NCBI GenBank assembly: GCA_964461715.1
Contig: CAYWVR010000005.1
Coordinates: forward strand, 3,717-67,716
Reading direction: 5' to 3'
Length of the DNA: 64,000 nucleotides
From: an uncultured Anaerolineales bacterium
GTDB lineage: Bacteria; Planctomycetota; Phycisphaerae; FEN-1346
Position numbers and translations under genes: made by a program. Positions 47,949 through 57,034 of this stretch are shown piece by piece (the stretch's first letter is position 1; every line of letters begins with the position of its first letter). The notes below the pieces were generated by a model that saw only the letters and a program-made list of their open reading frames with translations, was not told the origin of the DNA and searched no databases.

Positions 47949-50276
47949 ATGACGCAGCAACCGCCCCCGGGCTCGTCCTCCGGCTTGGCCGCCATGGGAC
48001 CCCGGGACTTTCTGCGCATCCTCCGCAAGCACGTGTGGCTGATCGCGGCGTGCTTCGTGGTCCTCGGCTTGGGCGGCACGGCCGCGCTCGTCGCTTGGGA
48101 CCGCCTGGCGCCCTTCTATACCTCCGAGGGCGTCATCGCCATCGAGCCGGGCCAGCAGACCGGCGGCCCCGTCGACATCACCGCTGCTCCTGCCACCATC
48201 ATCCCCCCCAACCTCTTCGAGCTCTACGTCCAGGGCCAAGTCATGATCATCAAGAGCGACCGGGTCCTGAGCAACGCCCTCGAGCGGGTGCGCGGCCTGC
48301 AGGCCATGTACACGACCGGCCAGGCCTCCTACGAGCTGAACAAGGACCTCGAAGTCGCCTACATCCCCCGCAGCCAGAACATCCTGGTCAGCCTGACCGG
48401 CGGGAACCGCAACGAGCTGAAGCTCATCGTCCAGGCCGTCCTCGACGCTTACCGCGAGCAGGAACGCCAGATGCGCGAGGAATCCGAGCGGCAGCGGGCC
48501 ATTACGCTCGAACAGCAGCGCGCCGAACTGCAACGGCAGATCAGCGACATCGTCCGCCAACTTGAGCTCCAGCGCGGCGAGGCCAACGCGGTCATCCTGG
48601 ACGAGCGCGGCAGCGAGGAGCTGGCCCGCCTGACGGCCCTGGTACGCCAGCTCGTCCAACAGGAGGTCGAGCTCGCCGAGGCCCGGGCCGCCTGGGAGCA
48701 GTTCCTCCAGCTCCGCCAGCAGGCCGAGGACGAGGGCACCATGGCCCCCCTCATCATGACCTACCCCAACCTGACCGAACGCATGCGCATGAACGCCACC
48801 ATCCTGGCCATGACGCAGCAGGTGACTCGCGGCGGGCAGGAGCTCGCCTCCCTTCGTCAGCGCCTGGGCCCGCGCCACGAGTCCGTCAAGCGGGCCGAAG
48901 CCACCGTCCAGGAGTTCCAGAACGACCTCGAAACCCAGCAGAACCGCATCCTTGGCGAGCTGCTCCAGGAGCATGCCGCCACCCTCAAGCACGAGTACGA
49001 CCGGGCCCGCGAGGCCGAGGCCTCCCTCCGCGACAGCGTCGACCAGGCCCGCCTCTCCGCCATCAAGGTCTCCGAGCGGGCCGCCAACTACCGCCGCGAA
49101 GAGGCCGAGTACGAACGCCTCCGCGGCCTGCTGGACCAGGTCCAAGCCGGCATCGCCCGCATCCGCATCCAGGCGGCCCTGACCCAGCCCCACATCCGCA
49201 TCGCCCAGCAGGCCAGCATGCCCGTCGAGCCCAGCGAGCCCAAGCTCCTCCTCTATATCCCGGCGGTCATCGTTTTCAGCCTCCTGGTGGGCGTCGGCCT
49301 GGCGTTCCTGATGGAGATGGCCGACACGCGACTGCGGAGCCCCGCGGAGATCGCCCGTCAAGTGGGCGTGCCCCTCCTCGGTAGCGTCCCCGACCTCGCG
49401 GAGGACGAGCGGCTCTCGCTCGACACCGACGTCGTCCACGTCAGCCACACGTCCCCGCAATCGCTTCTGGCGGAGGCCTTCCGCCAAATCCGGACCAACC
49501 TCCTGTTCGCCTCCGATCAGCCCCTGCGCACCCTCCTCGTCTCCAGCGCCAGCCCTGGCGACGGCAAGACGACCGTCGCCGCCAACCTTGCCATCACCAT
49601 AGCCCGCAGCGGTAGCCGGGTTCTTTTGATCGAGGGCAACTACCGCCGCCCGAGCATCGCCCGAGCCTTCGACATCCCCGACCGCGTCGGGCTCTCCAAC
49701 GTCCTCGTGGGCCTGAACCCCCCCGAGGAAGCCATCCAGGCCACCCGCATCGAGAACCTCGACGTGATGGTGGGCGGCACGCCGCCCCCGAGCCCGGCGG
49801 ACCTTCTCGGCTCGGACCGCATGAAACAACTTCTCCAGGAGCAGGCCGGCGATTACGACCGAGTGATCCTTGACGGCGCCCCGGTGCTCGTGGTGGCCGA
49901 CATGCACCTGTTGAGCGAGTTTGTCGACGGGGTGGTGCTCGTCTACCGGGCAGGAGAGAGCAAGCGGGGCGTGGCCCAGCGGGCCGCACGCCAAGTGCTG
50001 GACCTCCGGGGACGCCTCCTCGGGGCCGTTCTCAACGGCGTCCGGGCCACCAAGGGCGGCTACTTCCGCGAGGTCTACCAGGCGTACTACGATTACTCCG
50101 GAGCCGAACCCACCGCCGTCACCAGCCGCTCGACGCCGCACGAGTTCACGGCTCGGCCCGCCCCGGCGCCGCCGAAGGCCGAGACCCGGTTGGAGTCTGA
50201 GTCCGATATCGCCATCGAGCTCCCCGACGAGGAGCCCGACGAGGCCGAGCCCGACGAGGGCGGGACGAAGACCTAG
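47949..50276 (+). CDS. Polysaccharide co-polymerase / BY-kinase (Wzc/GumC/EpsG-like tyrosine autokinase)
   Basis: N-terminal TM, long coiled-coil periplasmic domain, second TM, then P-loop ATPase domain with Walker A SPGDGKTTVAANLA, Walker A' and B (VILDGAPV). Tyr-rich tail YQAYYDY. Confidence 0.85.
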   Translation: MTQQPPPGSSSGLAAMGPRDFLRILRKHVWLIAACFVVLGLGGTAALVAWDRLAPFYTSEGVIAIEPGQQTGGPVDITAAPATIIPPNLFELYVQGQVMIIKSDRVLSNALERVRGLQAMYTTGQASYELNKDLEVAYIPRSQNILVSLTGGNRNELKLIVQAVLDAYREQERQMREESERQRAITLEQQRAELQRQISDIVRQLELQRGEANAVILDERGSEELARLTALVRQLVQQEVELAEARAAWEQFLQLRQQAEDEGTMAPLIMTYPNLTERMRMNATILAMTQQVTRGGQELASLRQRLGPRHESVKRAEATVQEFQNDLETQQNRILGELLQEHAATLKHEYDRAREAEASLRDSVDQARLSAIKVSERAANYRREEAEYERLRGLLDQVQAGIARIRIQAALTQPHIRIAQQASMPVEPSEPKLLLYIPAVIVFSLLVGVGLAFLMEMADTRLRSPAEIARQVGVPLLGSVPDLAEDERLSLDTDVVHVSHTSPQSLLAEAFRQIRTNLLFASDQPLRTLLVSSASPGDGKTTVAANLAITIARSGSRVLLIEGNYRRPSIARAFDIPDRVGLSNVLVGLNPPEEAIQATRIENLDVMVGGTPPPSPADLLGSDRMKQLLQEQAGDYDRVILDGAPVLVVADMHLLSEFVDGVVLVYRAGESKRGVAQRAARQVLDLRGRLLGAVLNGVRATKGGYFREVYQAYYDYSGAEPTAVTSRSTPHEFTARPAPAPPKAETRLESESDIAIELPDEEPDEAEPDEGGTKT

Positions 50277-50337
50277 GCGTTTCGCCTGACCGCGGCGCGC
50301 CCGCATCGCAAAGCCGTCATCGGATTCGGATCCTGCC

Positions 50338-52182
50338 GTGCGCCCTGAGGCCGTCGCCTTTAAGCCGACCGTCCCTCGCCCGCTCGTCCGCGCCGCCCTC
50401 GCTGTCTTCTTCGTCGTCCTGCTGCTCTACTTGACGCTGGCGGTGACCATCCACGGTCACCTCCACCGGTTCGGCAGCGTGGGGCTGCTGTTCGGGGTGG
50501 GACAACTGCTGGGGCTGTGGGTCGTCGTCTCGCTCCTGGGGTTTCCGCTCCGATACGTGCGAAGTCCCGCCAACCTCCTCATCTGGGTGCTCCTCGGCCT
50601 CGTGCTCCTCCAAGTTCTGCCCCTGCCGCGCGCGGGGCCGGTGGGGGAGAATCCCGACGCGCTCGGGGCCGCCCGGCGGGTGCTCCTGAACGACGGAAAC
50701 CTTCAGGCCGGGCGATCCGCCGGCTTCCGGGCGGGACGCTACAGCGTCATTCCCGGTGCGTCGGTTGGGGTGTTCGTGCTGGCGGCGTCGGCGGCAGGCT
50801 TGTACTGGCTGATGGCGTCGGCGGTCGTGGGCCGCAAGAGCATCCGCCGCACCACCTGGGCCGTCGCCCTCGGTCTCGGGGCCGCCGCCGTGTGGGCCCT
50901 CATCGCCGCCCTCGATCCCGGCCGGACCGCCGTGACGGGCCGCTCCGCGCTGCCCGCCCTCGTGCCCGTGCTGGGCGGCGACAGCCTGGTGCCGGCGATG
51001 CTGATGGCCCTGCCGCTCACCCTGATGCTGACGCTGAGGCCCCTGGGATGGACGCCCCGTCGCCGACCCGAGCGGCGGCAGAGCCGCTTCGGATGGTTCG
51101 TGCGGTCCGGGACGGTCTGGTCCGGCATCGCCCTGGCCATTACGGTCCTCGTGGGGGCGGCCCTCGGGGCGAGCCACGTCTCCCCGCGGTTGCGCGCTGC
51201 GGCGGTGGGACTGGCGGCGGGGACCGTGCTGGCGGTCTACGTCGCCGGACCGGCGGGGGGACTCGGTCGGGGCGGGATGCTGAAACTGGCCGTCGGCCTG
51301 GGCGCGATCGTCGCCCTCGGCGTGGCCCTCGGGGCCACCGTGGCCGGACCGGCCGTCGAGACCCACGCCGCCCCCGTCGAGGCGCTCCACGGCCTCGACC
51401 GCGTCCGCGACGCGTTCGGGTACGGGGCCGGCGTCACGAGCCCCACCGCCGTCTACGGGGTGCCCGGGTGGCCCGTTCGTCCCGGCGATGATGGCGACAC
51501 AAGCGGCTACGCCGTGCTCATCGTGGAGATCGGATGGGTCGGGACGGCCCTGGTCGTTGGCCTGGGCATCGGCCTGGCCGTGCATCTCGTGCGGCGCGTC
51601 GGGCGGGCCCGGAGCCCCTGGACGCGGCTGGCGGCTTCGGCGGGGCTCGCGGGCCTGGCGGCCAACGCCCTCTACTTCGGCTTCGACGCCTCCGCGCTTC
51701 TGGCCCCGAACCTGCTGGCCGCGGCGATGGTACTGGGGCTGGTGGCGGCGTGGGGGATTCACGGCCTGGCTTGGCGGGCCAGCGGACGCGGGAGGCTGGG
51801 CGAGGCCCATTGGCCCTTCGTCATCGGGGCGGTCGGCCTCGCGGGGGCCTTGGCCCTGGCGGAGAATGCCATGCTGGCCGGGGGCGTCGCGGGCGGACAC
51901 GACAAGCTCATGCATTTCGGGAGCTTCGCCGTGATCGGGCTGCTCCTGTGCTACGCGCTCGGCCCGGAGCCGGACGTGCCCTACCTGAAGACGCGAATCG
52001 TGGCGGCGGTGCTGCTCGCGACGGCCATGGGCGTCGGCATCGAGTACGGCCAAGCCTACCTGACCGCCGGCCGCGCCTTCGAGACCCTGGACATGGTTGC
52101 CGACGCCGCCGGCGCGGGGCTGACGGGCCTGCTCTGGTGGGTGCTGCAAAAGACGCGCTCACCCCACCCGTCTGCGGCTTGA
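50338..52182 (+). CDS. O-antigen ligase/polymerase-like polytopic membrane protein fused to C-terminal VanZ-like domain
   Basis: More than 12 TM helices. C-terminal roughly 110 aa HFGSFAVIGLLLCYAL...GIEYGQAYL...GR...D..DMVADAAGAGLTGLLWWVL matches VanZ family topology and motifs. Confidence 0.6.
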   Translation: MRPEAVAFKPTVPRPLVRAALAVFFVVLLLYLTLAVTIHGHLHRFGSVGLLFGVGQLLGLWVVVSLLGFPLRYVRSPANLLIWVLLGLVLLQVLPLPRAGPVGENPDALGAARRVLLNDGNLQAGRSAGFRAGRYSVIPGASVGVFVLAASAAGLYWLMASAVVGRKSIRRTTWAVALGLGAAAVWALIAALDPGRTAVTGRSALPALVPVLGGDSLVPAMLMALPLTLMLTLRPLGWTPRRRPERRQSRFGWFVRSGTVWSGIALAITVLVGAALGASHVSPRLRAAAVGLAAGTVLAVYVAGPAGGLGRGGMLKLAVGLGAIVALGVALGATVAGPAVETHAAPVEALHGLDRVRDAFGYGAGVTSPTAVYGVPGWPVRPGDDGDTSGYAVLIVEIGWVGTALVVGLGIGLAVHLVRRVGRARSPWTRLAASAGLAGLAANALYFGFDASALLAPNLLAAAMVLGLVAAWGIHGLAWRASGRGRLGEAHWPFVIGAVGLAGALALAENAMLAGGVAGGHDKLMHFGSFAVIGLLLCYALGPEPDVPYLKTRIVAAVLLATAMGVGIEYGQAYLTAGRAFETLDMVADAAGAGLTGLLWWVLQKTRSPHPSAA

Positions 52183-52260
52183 GCCTGATCCCGACCCGGG
52201 GCCGTCTCGCCGCTGCGTGGGTGCCACGGGAAGCTTGCCTGCCCGAGCTGGGGCCGGGCG

Positions 52261-53628
52261 TCAGGGCTTCTTGCGCTTCTTGCTTCGCGTTTGGCGCAGC
52301 GTCTCCGCGCCCTTCTCGCCGAGCACCGCCTTCCGTCGCAGCAGATGATGGTAGTGCTGCGCGAAACGGTGGGCCTCGTCCCGGACGCTCTGGAGAACCT
52401 TGAGGGCCGCGTTCGTCCGCGCCAGGCACAGCGGCTCCGCGTCCGCTCGCCCGTGGACGTACACCTCCTCCTGGCGCTTCGCCAAGCTCACGAGGTGCGG
52501 CCGGTCGGCCCCGGCCTCCTGGATGGCCTCGGCGGCGGCGCGGAGTTGGTTCGGGCCCCCGTCGACGAGGACAACGTCCGGCAGGACCGAGAGTTCCTCC
52601 TTCAGCCGTCGCCACCGGCGGTAGACGACCTCGCGGATGCCCGCCACGTCGTCCGGCCCCGGCCCGCGGACGCGGAACCGGCGGTACCCGGCCTTAAAGG
52701 GGCGGCCGTCGATGAACGGGACGATGGCCCCGACGATCTCCGTGGGTCCGAGGTTCGCGATGTCGACGCCCTCAATCGTCCGCAGCGGCGCCTCGGCCCC
52801 CAGCAGCTCCGTCAGCGTCTCCATGCCCGAGGCCGGGTCAAACGTCGGGGCGAAGACCTCCGGCTGAAGGTGCTCGTCGATCCGTCCGCGCTCGCCCAGC
52901 GACTGGATCGCCCGAATCTGGTCCCGCACCACGCCCGCCTCCTCGTACTTGAGGTCCGCCGAGAGGGCCTTCATCTCGCGCGCCAGGTCCGCCAGGACCC
53001 GCGTCCGCTTTCCTTCGAGGAACCGCCGCAGGCGCGTGATGCTGCGGCGATAGGCTTCCCGCTCGACGTGCCCGGCGCACGGGGCCGTGCACCGCTTGAT
53101 GGAGTAGAGGATGCACGGGCGGAAGTACCGGCGCGTCGGGTCGTCCGAGCGGATATCGAGCGTGCACGTGCGGAAGCGAAAGATTTTCTGGAGTTCCCCG
53201 ATGGCCGCCCGCAGGCCGGCGGCATTCGTGAACGGCCCGTAGAGCTTCGTTCCCTTGGGGCGGGGGGTGCGCGTGAAGTAGACGCCGGGGAACTCCTCCC
53301 GCGAGGTGATCTCCAGGTACGGGAACGTCTTGTCATCGGTGAGGCGGGCGTTGTAGCGGGGGTGGATATCCTTGATGAGGCGGGCTTCCTGGAGGAGGGC
53401 GTCGACCTCGCTTTCGGCCTCCAGCACCTCGATGTCCGCGACCTCCGCGACCATCTGCTCCTTCTTCGGCCCGAGGTCCGCCGACGGCTGGAAGTACTGG
53501 CCCACGCGGCTACGCAGGTCGGCGGCCTTGCCCACATAGATCACCCGTCCGCGGTCATCCTTCATCAGGTAGACCCCGGGCCTCTTCGGCAGCCCTTTGA
53601 CCTTCTCGATGAGCCCGTCGCGATCCAT
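52261..53628 (-). CDS. uvrC: Excinuclease ABC subunit C, short form lacking C-terminal HhH domain
   Basis: GIY-YIG (GVYLMKDDRGRVIYVGKA), Cys-rich UvrC core (FRFRTC...CILYSIKRCTAPC), UVR domain (LKYEEAGVVRDQIRAIQ) and RNase-H-like endonuclease domain. Ends at 455 aa without (HhH)2. Confidence 0.8.
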   Translation of the reverse strand: MDRDGLIEKVKGLPKRPGVYLMKDDRGRVIYVGKAADLRSRVGQYFQPSADLGPKKEQMVAEVADIEVLEAESEVDALLQEARLIKDIHPRYNARLTDDKTFPYLEITSREEFPGVYFTRTPRPKGTKLYGPFTNAAGLRAAIGELQKIFRFRTCTLDIRSDDPTRRYFRPCILYSIKRCTAPCAGHVEREAYRRSITRLRRFLEGKRTRVLADLAREMKALSADLKYEEAGVVRDQIRAIQSLGERGRIDEHLQPEVFAPTFDPASGMETLTELLGAEAPLRTIEGVDIANLGPTEIVGAIVPFIDGRPFKAGYRRFRVRGPGPDDVAGIREVVYRRWRRLKEELSVLPDVVLVDGGPNQLRAAAEAIQEAGADRPHLVSLAKRQEEVYVHGRADAEPLCLARTNAALKVLQSVRDEAHRFAQHYHHLLRRKAVLGEKGAETLRQTRSKKRKKP

Positions 53629-53853
53629 GCGTGTAAGGATAGGCGGGGAGCGACTCGCAATTCAAGCCGCAGGACCTGAGAGACGCATCCGGCCAAGGGG
53701 CCCGGCCCGTGCCTGGGGCCCGTTTCGCCGCCTCGCTTGCAGGGCGGTCTCCGACGCATACATGGCTCCAGGACCATGCGCGCTCTCGGCGCGAAAGCGG
53801 GCCGCAAGCGGCCCGGCAAAACGGGGCGCCGAGTGCCTGTACGGCTCGGCATC

Positions 53854-56268
53854 CTACAACCCGACCCCCACGTAAATCCCCACGTACAAGCCCAGCGCCA
53901 GCACCGCCACGCCGCTCATCAGGTGGTAGAACCGCCGGTCGAAGATCGTGCCGGCCCAGGCGAAGTAGAGGATCAACGCCGAGTAGACCGAGAGGCCCAG
54001 GGCCCAGTCCCCCGCGTCCCGCGTCTCGCGCCAAACCGCCGCCGGAAACGCCGGCGACACCGCCAACGCCACCGCGAACCCGATCCCCAGCACCCCCAGG
54101 ATCACCGAGCACGCCCGGGCCGGGCTCGCCAGATGGAAGACCTCCCCGCGAATTCCGTGCAACCGATGGCCGATGCCCACCCACACCAACGCCGAGAGAC
54201 CGAAGATGAGGGCGTTGATGCCCACCCGGTGCGGCGTCCAGTCGGTCGGATGCGCCACGTTGTGCCACACCGACAGAATCCCCAGGGTCACCATCAGCAC
54301 GGCCGGGTACAGCATCTCGCCCCGCAGCCACACGAACGACCAGAGCAGGAACACCAGGGCCATGACCCCGAGCATGATGAGCGACGCCGGGGCCGCCAAG
54401 CGAAACGCCGCCAACACGGCCCCCAGGCCGCACGAGATGACGGCCAGCGTGAAGATGGTCGTCGAGGCCCGCCGCTCGTCGCGATAGAGGGTGATCGAGC
54501 GCGACAGCAGCCCCATAAACCGGGCCTCGTAAAGGTACACGAGCAGGTGCGCCGCGCCGTAGCCGGCCACGGCATAGGTCAGGTGCGAGTAGAGCACGTC
54601 GCGATACGACGCCGCCCCCTCCGCCCGGGCAAACAGGCCCAGGTAGCACGTCGCCAGGATGCCCACTACGTAGAACAGGAACGTCCGCGCCGTGTGCCGC
54701 ACCAACCACATCGACAGGAAGAACGCCAGCAGCACGGCCAGCCACCCGGCGAGCCCCCATCCCGGTCCGAGGATCGGCCGCAGACCGCTTTCGCCCTCGG
54801 TCATCAACTGATGATAGGCCCGGACCTGCTGGGCCGTCAGGTATGCCGCCAGCGCCAGCGTCATGGCCATGCCCGTGACGGCGAGCGGTTCGGCCTGACG
54901 CCGTGCGGTCCGGTCGGAGGACGCGCGGCGGATGACCTCCCGGAGGCCCAGGGCCAGAAGAATCCAGATCGTGCCCCCCACGGCCAGCACTTGGATGAAT
55001 CGGTGATGCCAGACCTCGTACGGGAACGGGGCCGCCAGGTGCGCCAACGCCGCCGCCCCGCCCGTCGCCAGCCCGGCGGCCAAGTAGTTGACCCACGCCG
55101 GGGCCCCGTGGGCGTGGGCCAGCACGAGTACCAGGGCCGCCACCAGAAGGTCGATGCCCACGTACTTCGCGACCATGTCGAAGGGCTCGACGGTGATGGC
55201 CGCCACGGCGATCGCCACCGCCGCCAGATAGAGCGCCCGCGCAAACGCCCGCCGCATCGTCCAGGTCGGGCCGCCCGCCAGCAGCGCCGAGAGCACGGCC
55301 GCCCCGAAGGCCATGCCCATCAGCACCGCCGGGTACCGTCCCCAGTACCCGCTCCTCTCGTCCCCGCCCAACACGGCAAAAAGCGCCAGCGCCGCCAGGC
55401 CCGCCCCGAACGAGCTGAACCCGAAAAGGTCCGGCTGCTTCAGGCCGATCGCGCTCGCCAGCAGCACCCCCCACCACACCCCCAGCGCCGCCACCGTGTG
55501 CCACGTCACCCCGTACCAAACCGCCTCGTACCCCGCGGCCGTCGCCGCCAGCGTCGAGACCACCAGCGGCACGATGAGGAGCCCCTGCCGATACCACCGG
55601 ACGTTGCCCTCCTGCCGCCGCTTGAGTGCCAGGAGCGACGCCGCGGCCGCCATCACGGCCGACACGAGCGACGCGGTGGTCGTGGTCCACGCGGGTCGCG
55701 AGGCCGCTACATGGACCGCCTCCGGCCCGCCGACCGCCGAGGCGAGATACGTGGGCGCGGCCAGGACGCCGGTGACGGCCACGGCGAGGATGCAGAGGTA
55801 GACGAGCGTCTCGGCCTGGAACCGCCAGACGGTGGCCACCAGCAGCAGGGCCACGGGAGCCTGGACCCGGAGGGTGATCGCAGGCTGGTACGCCGCCCTC
55901 AAAAACGCCGCCCCCGCCAGGGCCACCCCCGCCAGCAGGAGGCTCGACCGCCGCCACTGCCGGTCCCCCGGCTGGAAGACGATGAAGGCCGCGAGGTACC
56001 AGACGGCGCCGGCGGCCGCCAGAGTGATCGTGGCCGCCTCCCCTCGCCGCAGGTAGGCCCCGAAGGTCATGGCCGGGCGGGCGAGCACGTACACGCCGCA
56101 CAGGGCCACCCACGTCAGGGCCAGGGCCGCGAAGAACCGCAGGAGCATGGCCGCCCGGCCCGTGGCCCGGAGCATAAGAAAGGTCGCCGCCGCGGCCCCC
56201 AAGCCCAGTCCCGCCCCGACGGCCGGGACCACGAGCGGATTCGATATGGCAAGCAGCGTCGGATGCAC
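53854..56268 (-). CDS. Large polytopic membrane protein, hypothetical (about 800 aa, more than 20 TM)
   Basis: Continuous hydrophobic-helix periodicity with short loops; no recognisable catalytic motif. Start guessed at GTG 56268 (IVHPTLL...), uncertain. Confidence 0.5.
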   Translation of the reverse strand: MHPTLLAISNPLVVPAVGAGLGLGAAAATFLMLRATGRAAMLLRFFAALALTWVALCGVYVLARPAMTFGAYLRRGEAATITLAAAGAVWYLAAFIVFQPGDRQWRRSSLLLAGVALAGAAFLRAAYQPAITLRVQAPVALLLVATVWRFQAETLVYLCILAVAVTGVLAAPTYLASAVGGPEAVHVAASRPAWTTTTASLVSAVMAAAASLLALKRRQEGNVRWYRQGLLIVPLVVSTLAATAAGYEAVWYGVTWHTVAALGVWWGVLLASAIGLKQPDLFGFSSFGAGLAALALFAVLGGDERSGYWGRYPAVLMGMAFGAAVLSALLAGGPTWTMRRAFARALYLAAVAIAVAAITVEPFDMVAKYVGIDLLVAALVLVLAHAHGAPAWVNYLAAGLATGGAAALAHLAAPFPYEVWHHRFIQVLAVGGTIWILLALGLREVIRRASSDRTARRQAEPLAVTGMAMTLALAAYLTAQQVRAYHQLMTEGESGLRPILGPGWGLAGWLAVLLAFFLSMWLVRHTARTFLFYVVGILATCYLGLFARAEGAASYRDVLYSHLTYAVAGYGAAHLLVYLYEARFMGLLSRSITLYRDERRASTTIFTLAVISCGLGAVLAAFRLAAPASLIMLGVMALVFLLWSFVWLRGEMLYPAVLMVTLGILSVWHNVAHPTDWTPHRVGINALIFGLSALVWVGIGHRLHGIRGEVFHLASPARACSVILGVLGIGFAVALAVSPAFPAAVWRETRDAGDWALGLSVYSALILYFAWAGTIFDRRFYHLMSGVAVLALGLYVGIYVGVGL

Positions 56269-56384
56269 AATGGTCCCCGCGCAAGGGAAGGGCGCCCCGC
56301 GAAATGATAGACGGGCGCCCCGGATGCGCCTAGCGAAAAGGGCTCGCGTTACAGCCGGGCCCCGGCCCCCGCTTCGCCGAGCCC

Positions 56385-56405
56385 GGGGGGGCGGGGGGCG
56401 GGGGG
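56385..56405 (+). repeat. G7-C-G6-C-G6 homopolymeric G tract in divergent intergenic region
   Basis: Sequence gggggggcggggggcgggggg is directly visible. Lies between the start of the minus-strand membrane protein gene and the plus-strand small-protein gene. Confidence 0.6.
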
Positions 56406-56591
56406 ACGGCCCGCTTGCCTGCCCGTGGCGCCGTTCTCGGTCCAAGGCGGCGGAAATGGCCTCTTGGCCCCCCGGAAGAATTCCGTTGCATTGCCGCCCG
56501 CGGGCTTTACAATGCCCAGTTGGTAGTGGACTTGCGCGCTGCGGGCGGCAGGGGCGGTCGTCGCGGCGCACCGTGGGAGGGGCTTCGGCGA

Positions 56592-56966
56592 GTGAAGCCG
56601 GCGGCAGTGCAGAAAGGCGTGACGCTCCTTGGCGCGGCCGCGCTGGCGTGCGCGTTGGCGGTCCTGTTACGCGGGGACGGCCTCGAAACGCCGCTTCTGG
56701 CCCAGGCGCCCGGCGCGTCGGCCCCCGGTGTCCTCATCTCCTCGACCCCGCTCGGCGACGGAAGCGTCGTCGTCTGCCTCCTGGACACGGTCCGCCAGCG
56801 GCTGGCCGTCTACCAGGTCGAGGGCAAGCGCGGACGCCTCAAGCTCCTGGCCGTCCGCGACATCTCGGCCGACTGGCGGCTGTCCGATTACAACAACGAC
56901 CCGCCGTTGCCCAAGGACATCCGCCGGCGCGTCGAATCGTTGCCCCCGAAGACGGAGGAAAACTAG
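56592..56966 (+). CDS. Small secreted hypothetical protein (about 124 aa)
   Basis: GTG start followed by a signal-peptide-like segment VTLLGAAALACALAVLL. No ATG in frame nearby; low confidence. Confidence 0.4.
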   Translation: MKPAAVQKGVTLLGAAALACALAVLLRGDGLETPLLAQAPGASAPGVLISSTPLGDGSVVVCLLDTVRQRLAVYQVEGKRGRLKLLAVRDISADWRLSDYNNDPPLPKDIRRRVESLPPKTEEN

Positions 56967-57034
56967 CCCTCGAACGCGTATAATCAGGGGAGCGGTCACG
57001 GGCGGCCGCACGGTCCGCAGAAGGAGAACGAGCC

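Noticed and set aside
45171..50306. 1711-aa minus-strand ORF antisense to the TPR and Wzc-like genes
   Set aside because: Same GC-driven artefact; the + strand genes have clear domain architecture.
53690..53730. GGGCCC...GGGCCC palindromic pair between uvrC and the membrane protein gene
   Set aside because: Could form a 6-bp hairpin, but there is no adjacent U-tract in the orientation needed for either flanking gene. Not called as a terminator.
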